Shown piece by piece: positions 39,889 to 49,864 of a stretch of 64,000 nucleotides of DNA (position 1 is the stretch's first letter; each line of letters opens with the position of its first letter). Source of the stretch: Thermoplasmatota archaeon (GTDB lineage: Archaea > Thermoplasmatota > JAKEGO01). Location of the stretch: contig JANQNK010000008.1 of NCBI GenBank assembly GCA_028279595.1, positions 63,713 through 127,712 of the forward strand, written 5' to 3'. The translations under genes were made by a program, and so were the position numbers. The notes under the pieces are model-generated. The model was not told where the DNA came from, ran no database searches, and was given only the letters and a program-made list of their open reading frames with translations.

Positions 39889-40206
39889 ATGGAGAAGTAT
39901 GTCACGCTGCCAGAGGTCAAGAAGATGCTCGAGGACGCGGGCGAGGACAGGGAACTCAGCTACGAGCAGAGGACCGCCCTGCAGCACGCCGCGACCTTCG
40001 TGAAGCTCTCACCGACCAAGGCGAAACAGCTGGTGAAGAAGCTCGTCAAGATCGAGCGCGTCAACGATTACTACGCCTGCAAGATAGCTGACATTCTTCC
40101 CAGGGAGCCCACCGAGGTAAGGGCCGTCTTCATGAAGGAGCGGTACGAGCTCACGGACGAGGAGATCAAGCAGATAATCGAGATCGTCGAGGGATACGTG
40201 GACTGA
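39889..40206 (+). CDS. rpoF: RNA polymerase subunit Rpo4 (F)
   Basis: 'ELSYEQR.AL.HA', 'KIADILP....EVRAV'; conserved position after rpl21e. Confidence 0.92.
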   Translation: MEKYVTLPEVKKMLEDAGEDRELSYEQRTALQHAATFVKLSPTKAKQLVKKLVKIERVNDYYACKIADILPREPTEVRAVFMKERYELTDEEIKQIIEIVEGYVD

Positions 40207-40754
40207 TGGAAGATTACGCTTACGTTCTGGATTTCCTGCCTCACGGAAGGCCCGACGCCAAGAGGTACCAGTCGTCCCCCATCGCGTACGGGATAGGCGA
40301 CAGGGAGTTCAAGCTCCTGGAGCTGATACCGAAGGATGACGCGATGATCCAGATCGGGGACCGTGTCTACATCGGCAAGGACCTGGAGCTTCGCGACAGG
40401 ATCCTCCACGTCAAGCGCAGGATCGGGTTCAAGGACCTCACTGGAGCTGCCCAGAGCGAACTGGCGTTCATCCTGGAACAGGTGATCAACGACGAGGAGC
40501 CCAGATTCATCGAATTCATCAACAACGCGCACTGGATCAGCACAAGATACCACATGCTTGAGATCCTGCCGGGACTGGGGAAGAAGACGCTCAAGCAGAT
40601 CCTCGAGGAGCGCAAGCGCGAGAAGTTCAAGGACTTCGAGGACCTCATCGAGCGGGTCCCGAGCGTCAGGCACCCGCAGCACCTCATCGCCAAGAGGATC
40701 GAGCAGGAGCTCTCCGACGCCCACCAGAAGTACAGGCTCTTCGTGGCGCACTGA
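40206..40754 (+). CDS. DUF655-family putative RNA-binding protein
   Basis: 'EDYAYVLDFLP.G', 'H.LE.LPG.GKK'; conserved synteny. Confidence 0.92.
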   Translation: MEDYAYVLDFLPHGRPDAKRYQSSPIAYGIGDREFKLLELIPKDDAMIQIGDRVYIGKDLELRDRILHVKRRIGFKDLTGAAQSELAFILEQVINDEEPRFIEFINNAHWISTRYHMLEILPGLGKKTLKQILEERKREKFKDFEDLIERVPSVRHPQHLIAKRIEQELSDAHQKYRLFVAH

Positions 40755-40807
40755 CCCCATTTATCGCGGTAATAGATTTATATCACCCAACCGAGGTTAG
40801 GGATACG

Positions 40808-41569
40808 ATGAGACGCGACGACGGCTGGTCCGACCGACCGCTATGGGACGACCCATACACCCGCCCCCGCAGTTACAGGGTATCGTTCGACAGCGGAGGT
40901 GACCCGTACACCAGGCCCCGAAGGAAGGCAGGGATCCTCAAGTTCAGTGCGACCGAACTCAACCAGCTGTTCCATGCGACGGCCATTCTCACGCTGGCCT
41001 TCGGTATCAATTTCGCGGCCGGTAACTGGGACCTCCTCCCCTACACGATAGTGCTGATATTCCCGGCGGTGGCGTCCGGATTCATCCTTCACGAGATGGG
41101 CCACAAGTACTTCGCGCAGAGGTACGGCGCCTGGTCCGAGTTCAGGGCATACTACATGGGCCTGCTTTTCGCATTGATGCTGTCCCCGATGATCATCTTC
41201 GCCGCTCCCGGCGCCGTGATGATAAGCGGATACCTCCGCAAGAAGGAGATCGGCATCCTGTCCCTGGCGGGACCGATGGTCAACCTCTCGATAGTCCTCG
41301 CCTGCATCCCCGCATATATCCTGATAACGGCAGGTCGGTTCGGCTCCATCGCCGGCATGGACCCCGATCCCGACATGAGCGGATTCGGATTGCTGGCTGG
41401 TGCGATATTCTACATGGTCTGGATAAACATACTGCTGGCAGGGTTCAACCTCATCCCGGTCCCGCCCCTGGACGGCTCAAAGGTCCTCAGGTGGAACGCC
41501 GGCGTCTACCTCGCCGCCTTCATCCTCGTCTATGTCGTCGCCGACGCCCTTCTCAGCATCGGGGCGTGA
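40808..41569 (+). CDS. Site-2 protease (M50) membrane metalloprotease
   Basis: 'HEMGH', 'AGP..N', 'FNLIPVPPLDG'. Confidence 0.93.
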   Translation: MRRDDGWSDRPLWDDPYTRPRSYRVSFDSGGDPYTRPRRKAGILKFSATELNQLFHATAILTLAFGINFAAGNWDLLPYTIVLIFPAVASGFILHEMGHKYFAQRYGAWSEFRAYYMGLLFALMLSPMIIFAAPGAVMISGYLRKKEIGILSLAGPMVNLSIVLACIPAYILITAGRFGSIAGMDPDPDMSGFGLLAGAIFYMVWINILLAGFNLIPVPPLDGSKVLRWNAGVYLAAFILVYVVADALLSIGA

Positions 41570-42610
41570 GACCTTCCTGACAGGGCGCTTCCTCTTCTTA
41601 ACGGACCTCTTCCGCTTCCTCGCGGCGGCCTTCTGAGCATCCAGTTCCGGTCCGATCATGTACTTGTAGAGCAGGGCCCAGAATATCATGACCCAGGTGA
41701 TGAATATTATCTCGCCGAGGTAGGCGTGCCCCCACAGGAGAGTACCGAACTCGGGATCCTTCGAATCCCCCATCCCGTTGTAATACCCCATGAGGATCAG
41801 TATGACCATACGGAGCATGTTTGCGAGGTAGGCGGTGATCACACCGAGGAACAGGATCGCGACGACCTTGAGGTTGTAGCGCCTGTACTCGACGAGGACC
41901 AGGGCGAGGAAGGCGGAGATGAAGATGATGGTCGAATACATTCCAGAGCAGGCGAAGGCGACGATTACCTTCTGGCTGACGCCGTCGGCGTCGGTGAACG
42001 AGAGTGTTGGACCCGAGGCCGAGTTCGTGATCCCCAGCAGATCGAGCATGAAGGAGAGTGGCTGAACGATGAGCGTCCCCGCGAACGGGGTCGCTCCCTC
42101 GTCGGGGTCGCCAGAGATGATCCGATAGGCCTTGAGAGGGGCGACGAGCAGCACGAAAACGAAGAAGAACAGGAGCAGGGCGAAGTCCCGTTCGAGCCGG
42201 AACGTCCTCGGGATCCTGTCGTAGGCGAGGAAGAGGACGCCGAGAACGATCGTAGCGCCGTCGAATCCCTGCAGGTCCAGGGCATTGCCCATCCGATAGT
42301 TGTAGGCGAAAACGAGGATTATCAGACCGATCCCGTATATGGGAAAGAGCAGCTTTCGGTGACGGAGCCCGATCAGATCGATGAGCCGCTGAGAACCGAA
42401 CGCTCGCCGGCCCTCCGTGACGGCGACCGGTCGGACGACGCCCTTCCCGTATGTGAGGAACATGTAGGTAGCCGCTCCGATGACCATCATGATGAACGCA
42501 ACGAGTCGTGCCACCGGAGTGAACTCCGATGCCTTCTGGTTCATGAGCGCCACGCTCAGCCCGCCCAGGGCCACGATCGCTGCCACGATCCTCAAATAGA
42601 CGCGCTTCAA
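41477..42610 (-). CDS. Archaeosortase/exosortase-family membrane transpeptidase
   Basis: Multi-TM; catalytic Cys 'ACSG', Arg 'AN.LR', His 'WGH'. Confidence 0.85.
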   Translation of the reverse strand: MKRVYLRIVAAIVALGGLSVALMNQKASEFTPVARLVAFIMMVIGAATYMFLTYGKGVVRPVAVTEGRRAFGSQRLIDLIGLRHRKLLFPIYGIGLIILVFAYNYRMGNALDLQGFDGATIVLGVLFLAYDRIPRTFRLERDFALLLFFFVFVLLVAPLKAYRIISGDPDEGATPFAGTLIVQPLSFMLDLLGITNSASGPTLSFTDADGVSQKVIVAFACSGMYSTIIFISAFLALVLVEYRRYNLKVVAILFLGVITAYLANMLRMVILILMGYYNGMGDSKDPEFGTLLWGHAYLGEIIFITWVMIFWALLYKYMIGPELDAQKAAARKRKRSVKKRKRPVRKVSRPDAEKGVGDDIDEDEGGEVDAGVPPEDL

Positions 42611-42698
42611 GACGGTCCTCCGTTGCTACGGTTGAGTGACGGCATCCACGATAAACCTTTTTCCAACTGGGACGATCGAAATGGTCGTTTCGGGGTGT

Positions 42699-44630
42699 TC
42701 AGTCCCACGGCATGTAGTTGTTCTCGCCCTCGGAGGTGACATGATACTCGAAGGCGGGATCCCCGACCAATCCGTACATCACGATCTCCTTCCAATGCGC
42801 TCCGTCATCACCGGAAGGTATGGTGAAGGGATCCACTCCGGGGTGTTTGTCGAGGTACCTGTTCTCGGAGAGCCGCAGGACCTCACCCATGGGGTACTCC
42901 TCGTCGAGGGTGTACTTGGCTGTACTGGCGAACCAGAGGTTGTTGAGGTCCCAGTTGTGGTCGTTGGAGACCTCTCCGACGAGGGCCCACCCGTCCTGAC
43001 CGATGTTGGAATAGCTTACCTCGGTCGCGGCGATCAATCCCACGGCGCCGGCGTACATCCAGTTGGTAGCGAACACACGGTCCATGTCTATCGGGTCGCC
43101 TCCGTAGCTCAGGCCGTGTATCTTCGAGTTCTCGCAGGAGAAGAGGAGGGTGACCTGGGGCGGCACGAACATATCGCGGGCAGCGTCTCCCTCGATCATC
43201 TCGGTCCCGTAGTACTCGGTCGTTATTGGATCGTAGTACCGCCAGGTGTAGAGAGTGCCATGCCAGGACCCGTGACCCCGGTAGACCAGGTGACCTCCCA
43301 GCTGGGCCGTGGCCTCCACGTCCATGTCTCCTGGGATCCCGACAACGAGATCGCCTTCCACCGAACCGCCGGGGGTTCCGATGTAATCGAACGTATAGCT
43401 CTCGTCATCGTAATCCCTGGAGGCGAACAGACCAGGGGTGTTCTGTCCCCGCATGTCAGCCACCTCGAACCCATTGGCGGCGATACCGTGGGACCTCCAG
43501 TTCTCCGTCCTGGTCTCTCCGTTGGAGAAGTCCACGGTGACGGTATCAGCGAGGTCGTAGTATCTGAACGTCCTGACGAGCTGGTTCGACAGCCCCTGGA
43601 TGTTGTAATTGACCATTCGACCAACCCCGGCGTCCATGTCGGAGTTGTCGTCGTCGAGGAACCCATATACCGAGTCGCTCGAGGAGTAGTCGGGTTCGCT
43701 GTTCGACCAGTCGGGACATTCGAACTGTGGCACTGCCTCCGCCGATCCGACGAGCGCGATACTGTTTATTGGACCGTATTCGGCCGACATGTTCCTGAAC
43801 AGGTTAAGAAGGCCCATCTGCCATAGGTTAAGACCCGGATCGTCCGGTGGGATCAGGTTCTCGTACTCTGTCGGGACATTCTCGAGGGTCAGCGGTTCCG
43901 GCTCCGTGATGACGTAACCCATCCTGTACATCGCCAAGGCCGCGGATGTGAGTGCGAGGTGTTTTATGTGATAGGAACTGTTCACGCCGCCGAACTCCGT
44001 GTACATGTCCTTGTAGTCCTCGGGATTGGCCACGACCACATAATCAGCGTCCAGGCCGCTACCCCAGAGGGAGAGCCAGACGTCCTCTTGGGATCCATAG
44101 GTCTGCTTGCCGGGGACGATGATCTGGTTGTTGAGCCTCGACAGCGGCGCCATCCAGAGGGCCTCTTCGTAGCTGGCTGCGGTCATCGGAGCGTCGAATC
44201 CCTTGAAGTCCATCAGTGAGTCCTTGGAGTACTCGAAGGCCGTGACGTTCAGTCCAAGGTCCTCGACCTGGCCGGCGATGGTGTTCTCGAGACCATCGTG
44301 ACCGAAGACGTAGACCGGGACATCGAGATCGAGCATTTCGAGGGTCCACAATGAATGGTCGTCCAGACCGTCCGCGGGAACGAAATAGAGCGGATTGTAG
44401 TGAGGGTCGTCGACCGCACCGCGAACTGCGAGGTTCGACAGACCGACCGTTACTATCCTCTCCTCCTCGGTCGCCGGTATCTGGGCGACGATGATGTATT
44501 CACTCCCAAGCTCGGTCGTGGGATTGTAATCGCCCTTGTCCTCGTCATCGTCCTGAGGGATGATGAAGAACAGTGCAGCTAACAATATCACGACTGCTGT
44601 AAGCGCGAAAGCTTTCGTTGACCAGGCCAC
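42699..44630 (-). CDS. Peptidase C25 (gingipain-like) secreted protein
   Basis: N-terminal anchor; 'SDSVYG..D', 'VGR', His 'RGHG', Cys 'FSC', 'YGLVGDP'. Confidence 0.8.
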   Translation of the reverse strand: MAWSTKAFALTAVVILLAALFFIIPQDDDEDKGDYNPTTELGSEYIIVAQIPATEEERIVTVGLSNLAVRGAVDDPHYNPLYFVPADGLDDHSLWTLEMLDLDVPVYVFGHDGLENTIAGQVEDLGLNVTAFEYSKDSLMDFKGFDAPMTAASYEEALWMAPLSRLNNQIIVPGKQTYGSQEDVWLSLWGSGLDADYVVVANPEDYKDMYTEFGGVNSSYHIKHLALTSAALAMYRMGYVITEPEPLTLENVPTEYENLIPPDDPGLNLWQMGLLNLFRNMSAEYGPINSIALVGSAEAVPQFECPDWSNSEPDYSSSDSVYGFLDDDNSDMDAGVGRMVNYNIQGLSNQLVRTFRYYDLADTVTVDFSNGETRTENWRSHGIAANGFEVADMRGQNTPGLFASRDYDDESYTFDYIGTPGGSVEGDLVVGIPGDMDVEATAQLGGHLVYRGHGSWHGTLYTWRYYDPITTEYYGTEMIEGDAARDMFVPPQVTLLFSCENSKIHGLSYGGDPIDMDRVFATNWMYAGAVGLIAATEVSYSNIGQDGWALVGEVSNDHNWDLNNLWFASTAKYTLDEEYPMGEVLRLSENRYLDKHPGVDPFTIPSGDDGAHWKEIVMYGLVGDPAFEYHVTSEGENNYMPWD

Positions 44631-44770
44631 GTGATCACCTTGTTCAAATGATAATTCAGGATATTAATAAGGTTTCTCCTTATTACTGGACATTTAAAGC
44701 CAGTGTTTTAACAACCATGGATTTACGGTTTATTAACAAATGTGGGGCACGATGCCAGAGCTGGGCTCCC

Positions 44771-46171
44771 TCAGTACGTCTTGGCGAACAGGACCGCATT
44801 GCCGGCGGCACCGCATTCGGAGCACTGCTTCTCCTCGCGGGGTGTGCCGTCGGGATCGAGCCAGACACCGAGCATCGTCATGTCGAGGAACTCCTCCATC
44901 GCGGTCCCACACGCTTCGTTGGTACACCAGCCGAGCTTGACTATGCCCTCCGGCTCGGCGTCGCGGGCGCGGTCGAACTCGTGGATGCCAGCAGCCAGAG
45001 CCTCCTCCGCACGCTCCTTGAGCCGAGCCGCATATGCGTCGAGCTCCCCTCGGATCGCGTCGGCCAGGCCCTCCACCTGGAGCTTCTTCTTTCCCTCGCC
45101 CTTGGGAAGATCGCGGATCGCCAGATCGACCGTCGCCTCTTCCATCTCGCGCGGGCCTATCTCGAGTCGCAGGGGAACTCCCCTCAGTTCCCAGTGATAG
45201 TACTTGTTGCCAGGCCTGAGGTCCCTGCCGTCGTACTTGACCCGGAGTCCAGCATCTATGAGCTCGTCCCTGAGCTTCTCGCAGTATCCCTCGACGTCCG
45301 GGCCGTCGCGCTTGATGATCGGGACTATCACGACCTGATAGGGAGCGATGGACGGAGGGAGCTTGATGCCGCGGTCATCGCTGTGAACGCCGACGACGGC
45401 ACCCAGTACCCGCTCGCTCATGCCGTAGGTCGTCTGGTGTACGTACGGATGCTCTCCGTCCTCGTTCTCGTAGGTGATGTCGTAGGGAATGGCGAAATTG
45501 TCCTTGTAGTGGTGGATGGAACCGAGCTGCATCGTCCGGCCCGAGGGCATCAGGGCATCGATGCCTATGGTGAAGAACGCTCCTGCGAACTTGTCCCAGT
45601 CCGGCCGCTTTGCGAGCAGGCAAGGCAGCGAGAGGTCGTTGAAGAATCGTTCCTTGATCTCGAGGTCCTCCTCGATCTGGCGCTGGGCGTCGTCGTAGTC
45701 GACGTGGGCGGTGTGCGACTCGAAGAAGTGGATCTGCCTCACCCTGATGAAAGCTCTGGTCATCTTGGTCTCGTAACGGAACGTCGTACCGATCTGGTAG
45801 GTCTTGAGCGGAAGGTCGGTGTGTGAACGGACCCAGAGCGAGAACATCGGATACATGGCCGTCTCGCTCGTCGGCCTGAGGAGCATGGGAACGTCGAGCT
45901 CGTTGGTCCCCCCGTGGGTCACCCAGTAGACCTCGGCGTCGAAGCCCTTGATGTGCTCCGCCTCCTTGGCGAACTCGGTCTTCGGGATGAGCACCGGGAA
46001 GGCCAGCTCGTCGTGGTCCGTCCGCTCCATCTCGCGGTGGATGAGCGAGTCGATGTGCTTCATCACCTTCCAGCCGTAAGGCTTCCAGACGTTCATCCCC
46101 TTGATGGGGTATCGCTTGTCGCAGAGGTCGGCCTCCTCCACTATGTCGTTGTACCAGTCGTTGAAGTCCAT
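44771..46171 (-). CDS. proS: Prolyl-tRNA synthetase (archaeal/eukaryotic type)
   Basis: 'LRPTSET.MY', 'FRYE', 'QTTYGMSER', C-terminal 'AKTY'. Confidence 0.97.
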   Translation of the reverse strand: MDFNDWYNDIVEEADLCDKRYPIKGMNVWKPYGWKVMKHIDSLIHREMERTDHDELAFPVLIPKTEFAKEAEHIKGFDAEVYWVTHGGTNELDVPMLLRPTSETAMYPMFSLWVRSHTDLPLKTYQIGTTFRYETKMTRAFIRVRQIHFFESHTAHVDYDDAQRQIEEDLEIKERFFNDLSLPCLLAKRPDWDKFAGAFFTIGIDALMPSGRTMQLGSIHHYKDNFAIPYDITYENEDGEHPYVHQTTYGMSERVLGAVVGVHSDDRGIKLPPSIAPYQVVIVPIIKRDGPDVEGYCEKLRDELIDAGLRVKYDGRDLRPGNKYYHWELRGVPLRLEIGPREMEEATVDLAIRDLPKGEGKKKLQVEGLADAIRGELDAYAARLKERAEEALAAGIHEFDRARDAEPEGIVKLGWCTNEACGTAMEEFLDMTMLGVWLDPDGTPREEKQCSECGAAGNAVLFAKTY

Positions 46172-46183
46172 TGGACCACCCTG

Positions 46184-47545
46184 TTACGCCTCGTCGAAGG
46201 CGAATAATCCCTTTCCGGTATAACTTCTTTGCCTTGCGAGGGCCATCTGCTCAGCCCTCTCGAAAATCCCGTCCACGTCGCTCGTGTCCGCGAGGTACTC
46301 GACGTCCTTCCTGACGAGCTCCATCCGGTCGGTCATCGAGGCCGCGAACTCCTCGTCGGCGCGGAACATCTCGAGGAAGCTGTCCATGAGCTCATTCTTG
46401 ACATACCTCCTGGAGTTGTGGGTGTAGGCTCCCATGCTCGCGAGGAGGGCCTTGCTCGGTCCCTTCGTCGAACCGGCCCGCATGGTAAGGAAGGAAGGGA
46501 ACCGGAACTTCACGTAGCCATGGTACTCGTTCTGCTTGGCGACGGCGACGCCGGCTGTCATGAGTTTGATGGCATAGGCCCATAGCGAGAAATCCTGGGT
46601 CGCCCGTGCCCGGTTGAGCATCAGGTCGGCCTCGGTGATCGCGTCGAAGGCCCTGGCCAGATCGTCGGGATCGGTGTACTTGTACGGAGCATTCTCCTCG
46701 ACCCAGAGCAGGAACCGATCGGGGGTCTCATCGAGCTTGTTGTAAGCCTGGAGGGCCTTTTCGGGGTCTGTCGTCTTGAATATGGTCGCGAGGACCTCGA
46801 ACACGTCCCGGCGTTCGTCGCGGTAACCGATGGCGTCGAGGTCATCGATGGTGATCGTCGATCCGACATCGAGGTTCCGGCAGATGGTCTCGAGGTCGTT
46901 GACGGCAGAACGCATGTCCCCGCTCGCCCTCTCAGCGAACTCGTCCAGGGCCTCCTGTTCGAAAGAGTAGCCCTCCACCTCGGCCATCTCCCGGATCGCC
47001 TTCTTCAGTGACGGCTTCGGGACCTTCGTGAACTTGATGGTGAGACAGAGGGACTTGAGCGGCGCTCCGGTCCTCCTGGTCAGATTGTAGAGGTCGTTGA
47101 CTATGAGGATTATCGGGTGCTTTGTCCCCTTGATCGTGTCGATGATGGCCTTCTTCCCGCCACGGTCCCCCATACCACCGGAGGCCTCGTGGAGATTATC
47201 GGCCTCGTCGAGTACGATGAGCTTGTACTGGCCCTCGCTGGAGTCGAGGTAGTCCCCGGACACGGTGAAGGTTCCGTGGGTGGCCCCGCGCATCGCAACC
47301 TCCTTGATCCGGTTCGCGTTCCGCGCGTCTGAGGCGTTCATCTCCACCACCGACCAACCCATGTCATTGGCGAGGGCCAGGGCTGCGCTGGTCTTCCCTA
47401 TCCCGGCGGTGCCGGCAAGGATCACTGCCTTCTTGGGGCTGTTCGCCCAGTCCTCGGCCCACGACCTCAAAGTCTCGACGGCCTTTCCGTTCCCGACGAT
47501 GTCATCGAGGCTCCTGGGTCGATACTTCTCGGTCCAAGAGTCCAT
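46184..47545 (-). CDS. rfcL: Replication factor C large subunit
   Basis: 'WTEKYRP', Walker A 'GTAGIGKTS', 'EMNASD.R', 'LDEADN', 'GDMRSAVNDL'. Confidence 0.95.
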   Translation of the reverse strand: MDSWTEKYRPRSLDDIVGNGKAVETLRSWAEDWANSPKKAVILAGTAGIGKTSAALALANDMGWSVVEMNASDARNANRIKEVAMRGATHGTFTVSGDYLDSSEGQYKLIVLDEADNLHEASGGMGDRGGKKAIIDTIKGTKHPIILIVNDLYNLTRRTGAPLKSLCLTIKFTKVPKPSLKKAIREMAEVEGYSFEQEALDEFAERASGDMRSAVNDLETICRNLDVGSTITIDDLDAIGYRDERRDVFEVLATIFKTTDPEKALQAYNKLDETPDRFLLWVEENAPYKYTDPDDLARAFDAITEADLMLNRARATQDFSLWAYAIKLMTAGVAVAKQNEYHGYVKFRFPSFLTMRAGSTKGPSKALLASMGAYTHNSRRYVKNELMDSFLEMFRADEEFAASMTDRMELVRKDVEYLADTSDVDGIFERAEQMALARQRSYTGKGLFAFDEA

Positions 47546-47724
47546 CTTGTTCCGGTATCGTGAGTGCGGCTTAAATAATTCACCAAGGGGTTGGATGAAA
47601 GTCGGTTCCGAAAAGGGGGGTTAAATGGCATTTTGAAGCGTATTTTCACCATTTCGGACGGTGTTAACATCAAAGCCTATATATATGGAATTCTGAATTA
47701 AACGGACATCGGAGGAAAACGGAC

Positions 47725-47901
47725 ATGCCTATGGTGTGGGAGTGCCCAAACTGCGGCCACGTGAACATGCACGAGGTATCGGGTTTCAACAGGGTACGGA
47801 ACCGACGAGTGAGCACCTGCGACAAATGCGGCGAACCACACCCGGAAGGATTCTACATGGTCGAGCCGGACTCACGCGGTGGCGGGGTTATGCCCCGTTG
47901 A
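47725..47901 (+). CDS. Small zinc-ribbon protein (58 aa, below the ORF-track cutoff)
   Basis: MPMVWECPNCGH...TCDKCGE; GGAGG at 47711 and a TATA-like run near 47678. Confidence 0.7.
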   Translation: MPMVWECPNCGHVNMHEVSGFNRVRNRRVSTCDKCGEPHPEGFYMVEPDSRGGGVMPR

Positions 47902-48344
47902 CCCTGATAGTTCCCGCTCCTCTCGGCGTACATCTTCTCGACGGCGGTCGTCATCTCGAGTATCACCATCTGGAGGTAACGGTCTCCCACGTTGATCTTG
48001 ATCGGGTTCGGACCGGCATTGAACCCGCTCATCGTGAGGGTTCCGTTGAAACCCGAGTCGACGACGCCGAAGGATGAGAGCATTCCCTTCCGGACCCATG
48101 AGGACCGGAGCCAAAGGTTCCCGACGAGGTCCTTCGGCATGTCTATGACCTCCAGGGTCGAGACGAGCATCCACTCCCCGGGGAGGAGCTGGAAATCGCC
48201 CTCCGGCTGGACCTCACCGTCGAGCATTATCTCCTTGATCCTGAGGTCGATGCCGTTGGGTGTGAGGTTCTTCTCCTCGAACGGGTCGACGATCGGATGG
48301 TCCTTCATTCGGGCAAGGATATCCCTGTCGCTGAGAACTGCCAT
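47853..48344 (-). CDS. dcd: dCTP deaminase / dUTPase-family protein
   Basis: 'LSDRDI', 'PNGIDLR', 'RSS..R.G', 'VDSGF.G.L', 'YQGQRG'. Confidence 0.9.
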   Translation of the reverse strand: MAVLSDRDILARMKDHPIVDPFEEKNLTPNGIDLRIKEIMLDGEVQPEGDFQLLPGEWMLVSTLEVIDMPKDLVGNLWLRSSWVRKGMLSSFGVVDSGFNGTLTMSGFNAGPNPIKINVGDRYLQMVILEMTTAVEKMYAERSGNYQGQRGITPPPRESGSTM

Positions 48345-48491
48345 GGACCGAGATGGGAGCCAGAGATATAATCCTTGCTCCGTCTTGACTGTGCCGCTCC
48401 ATTGATGAGACGCGTTGGCCCCCGGACCGCGCCGGGGGCGAGCGCGTCAGTCAACCGCAAAACGTTATAGTGCCAAACGATATCATCCAAC

Positions 48492-48565
48492 GGGCCCGTG
48501 AGGTAGTCTGGATATCCTGCCGGCCTTCGGAGCCGGCCACCAGGGTTCGAATCCCTGCGGGTCCG
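48492..48565 (+). tRNA. tRNA-Arg (anticodon TCG)
   Basis: GGGCCCG/CGGGTCC acceptor; CCGGC-CTTCGGA-GCCGG; CAGGG-TTCGAAT-CCCTG; no encoded CCA. Confidence 0.93.
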
Positions 48566-48579
48566 TTTCCCCTCTAACT

Positions 48580-49566
48580 TCAGTTTTCGGCACTTTCAGA
48601 CCGTTTTCTGGCATATCGATTCACCTCTATACGATTTTGAGTTTGTCGGGTACCCGGTTGTGCATATTCTTGATGCATCAACTGGAGTCCTAATTTAACG
48701 TCATCGAACTTAATTCCGAGATATTTGATCGTCGTTTCAGTATTCGTATGACCAAGAGCATAACTTACAACAGCGACATTCTTTGTAGCATCGTACATCC
48801 TACGACCAAAAGTACGCCGTAGATCGTGAGCAGTGAATTCGATGCCTGAATTCACAGACACACGATGAACCAATTCATCGATAGCAGTACGCCGATATCC
48901 GACGATTTGATTCTTTCGTCTATGGACAATTAAACTACCATCATCGTAAACTGGTAACCCAGGAAATTTCATTGAAGCGATTTGCTTTTGTAAACCACGA
49001 TATTCAAAATATGTATTTAGAATATCAATGGTATCAGGATGAAATGGGAGATCCCGCTCCTTTCCATCTTTGTATCCTTTTCCACGTACCCGAATTCGTT
49101 CACGTTTCACATCTACTTCATCAAGGCGCATTCGAAGAGTATCAACACGACGTAATCCCAATTGTAACATTAAGTGAATGACAATTTCTTCAGTAGGTGC
49201 TTGAGCTACAGCTAAAACCCGATCAACCTCATCAGGAGTCAACCAACGACCAACCCGCTGATGTTCCGGAAAATATATTCGATATTTTTAAAGTACATCA
49301 TTTCCAAGAAATTTGAGATATAAATTTATTACACGATAATGCCATTCCTTAAGACCCAACGAGTCAAGTACTTGACCGACATCCTCAAGAGTCCAAACTT
49401 CAGGTAAGGACATCTCGTTACGATCTGAATATTCACAGACACGTTGAATTACTGACCTATAATCTCGAATTGTATTATTGGATACGCCCTTGGCTCGAAG
49501 CTCTCTCTCCCACCGATCAAGGTCTTCCGTTTGAATCGCTATCATCGGGACCACTTCAACAGGCAT
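48580..49566 (-). pseudogene. Tyrosine recombinase/integrase interrupted by one in-frame TAA (49288-49290)
   Basis: ORFs 49288-49566 and 48580-49242 share a frame and read ...NDVL*KYRIYFPEHQRVGRWLTPDEV; R (GLRR), K (RGKG), HxxR (HDLRR), LGH and Y (TIKY) are present. Confidence 0.85.
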
Positions 49567-49657
49567 CTACGCATGGTAATACTCATACGTATATAAATGT
49601 TATTATCACGTAATTATACGGAAAACTACCATATATCGACATGATATATATCCAATA

Positions 49658-49816
49658 ATGCCCCGATATGTTTCAATTTCAGTCCCAATAGGACTTGTAA
49701 ATGAAATCGACCAATTCATTAAAGACCACCCCGAAGCTGGATATACATCACGCCCTGACCTTGTCAAGGATGCATTACGCCGTACAATGATTGATTTACG
49801 CTCAACCTATCATTAA
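49658..49816 (+). CDS. Ribbon-helix-helix (CopG-like) DNA-binding protein, 52 aa
   Basis: MPRYVSISVPIGLVNEIDQFIKDHPEAGYTSRPDLVKDALRR...; divergent from the integrase; not in the ORF track. Confidence 0.8.
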   Translation: MPRYVSISVPIGLVNEIDQFIKDHPEAGYTSRPDLVKDALRRTMIDLRSTYH

Positions 49817-49864
49817 TTACATCCCATCACCAAGAATATCCACCCCACGAATCTTAAATCAACA

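Noticed and set aside
48409-48448. Strong hairpin between dcd and tRNA-Arg
   Set aside because: A real inverted repeat, but single-copy and without A/B motifs; no function can be assigned.
49288-49290. Island tRNA as a suppressor of the integrase TAA, or SSV-type integrase split by att
   Set aside because: Anticodon CGC cannot read UAA, and both integrase parts are contiguous with no att sequence at the break.
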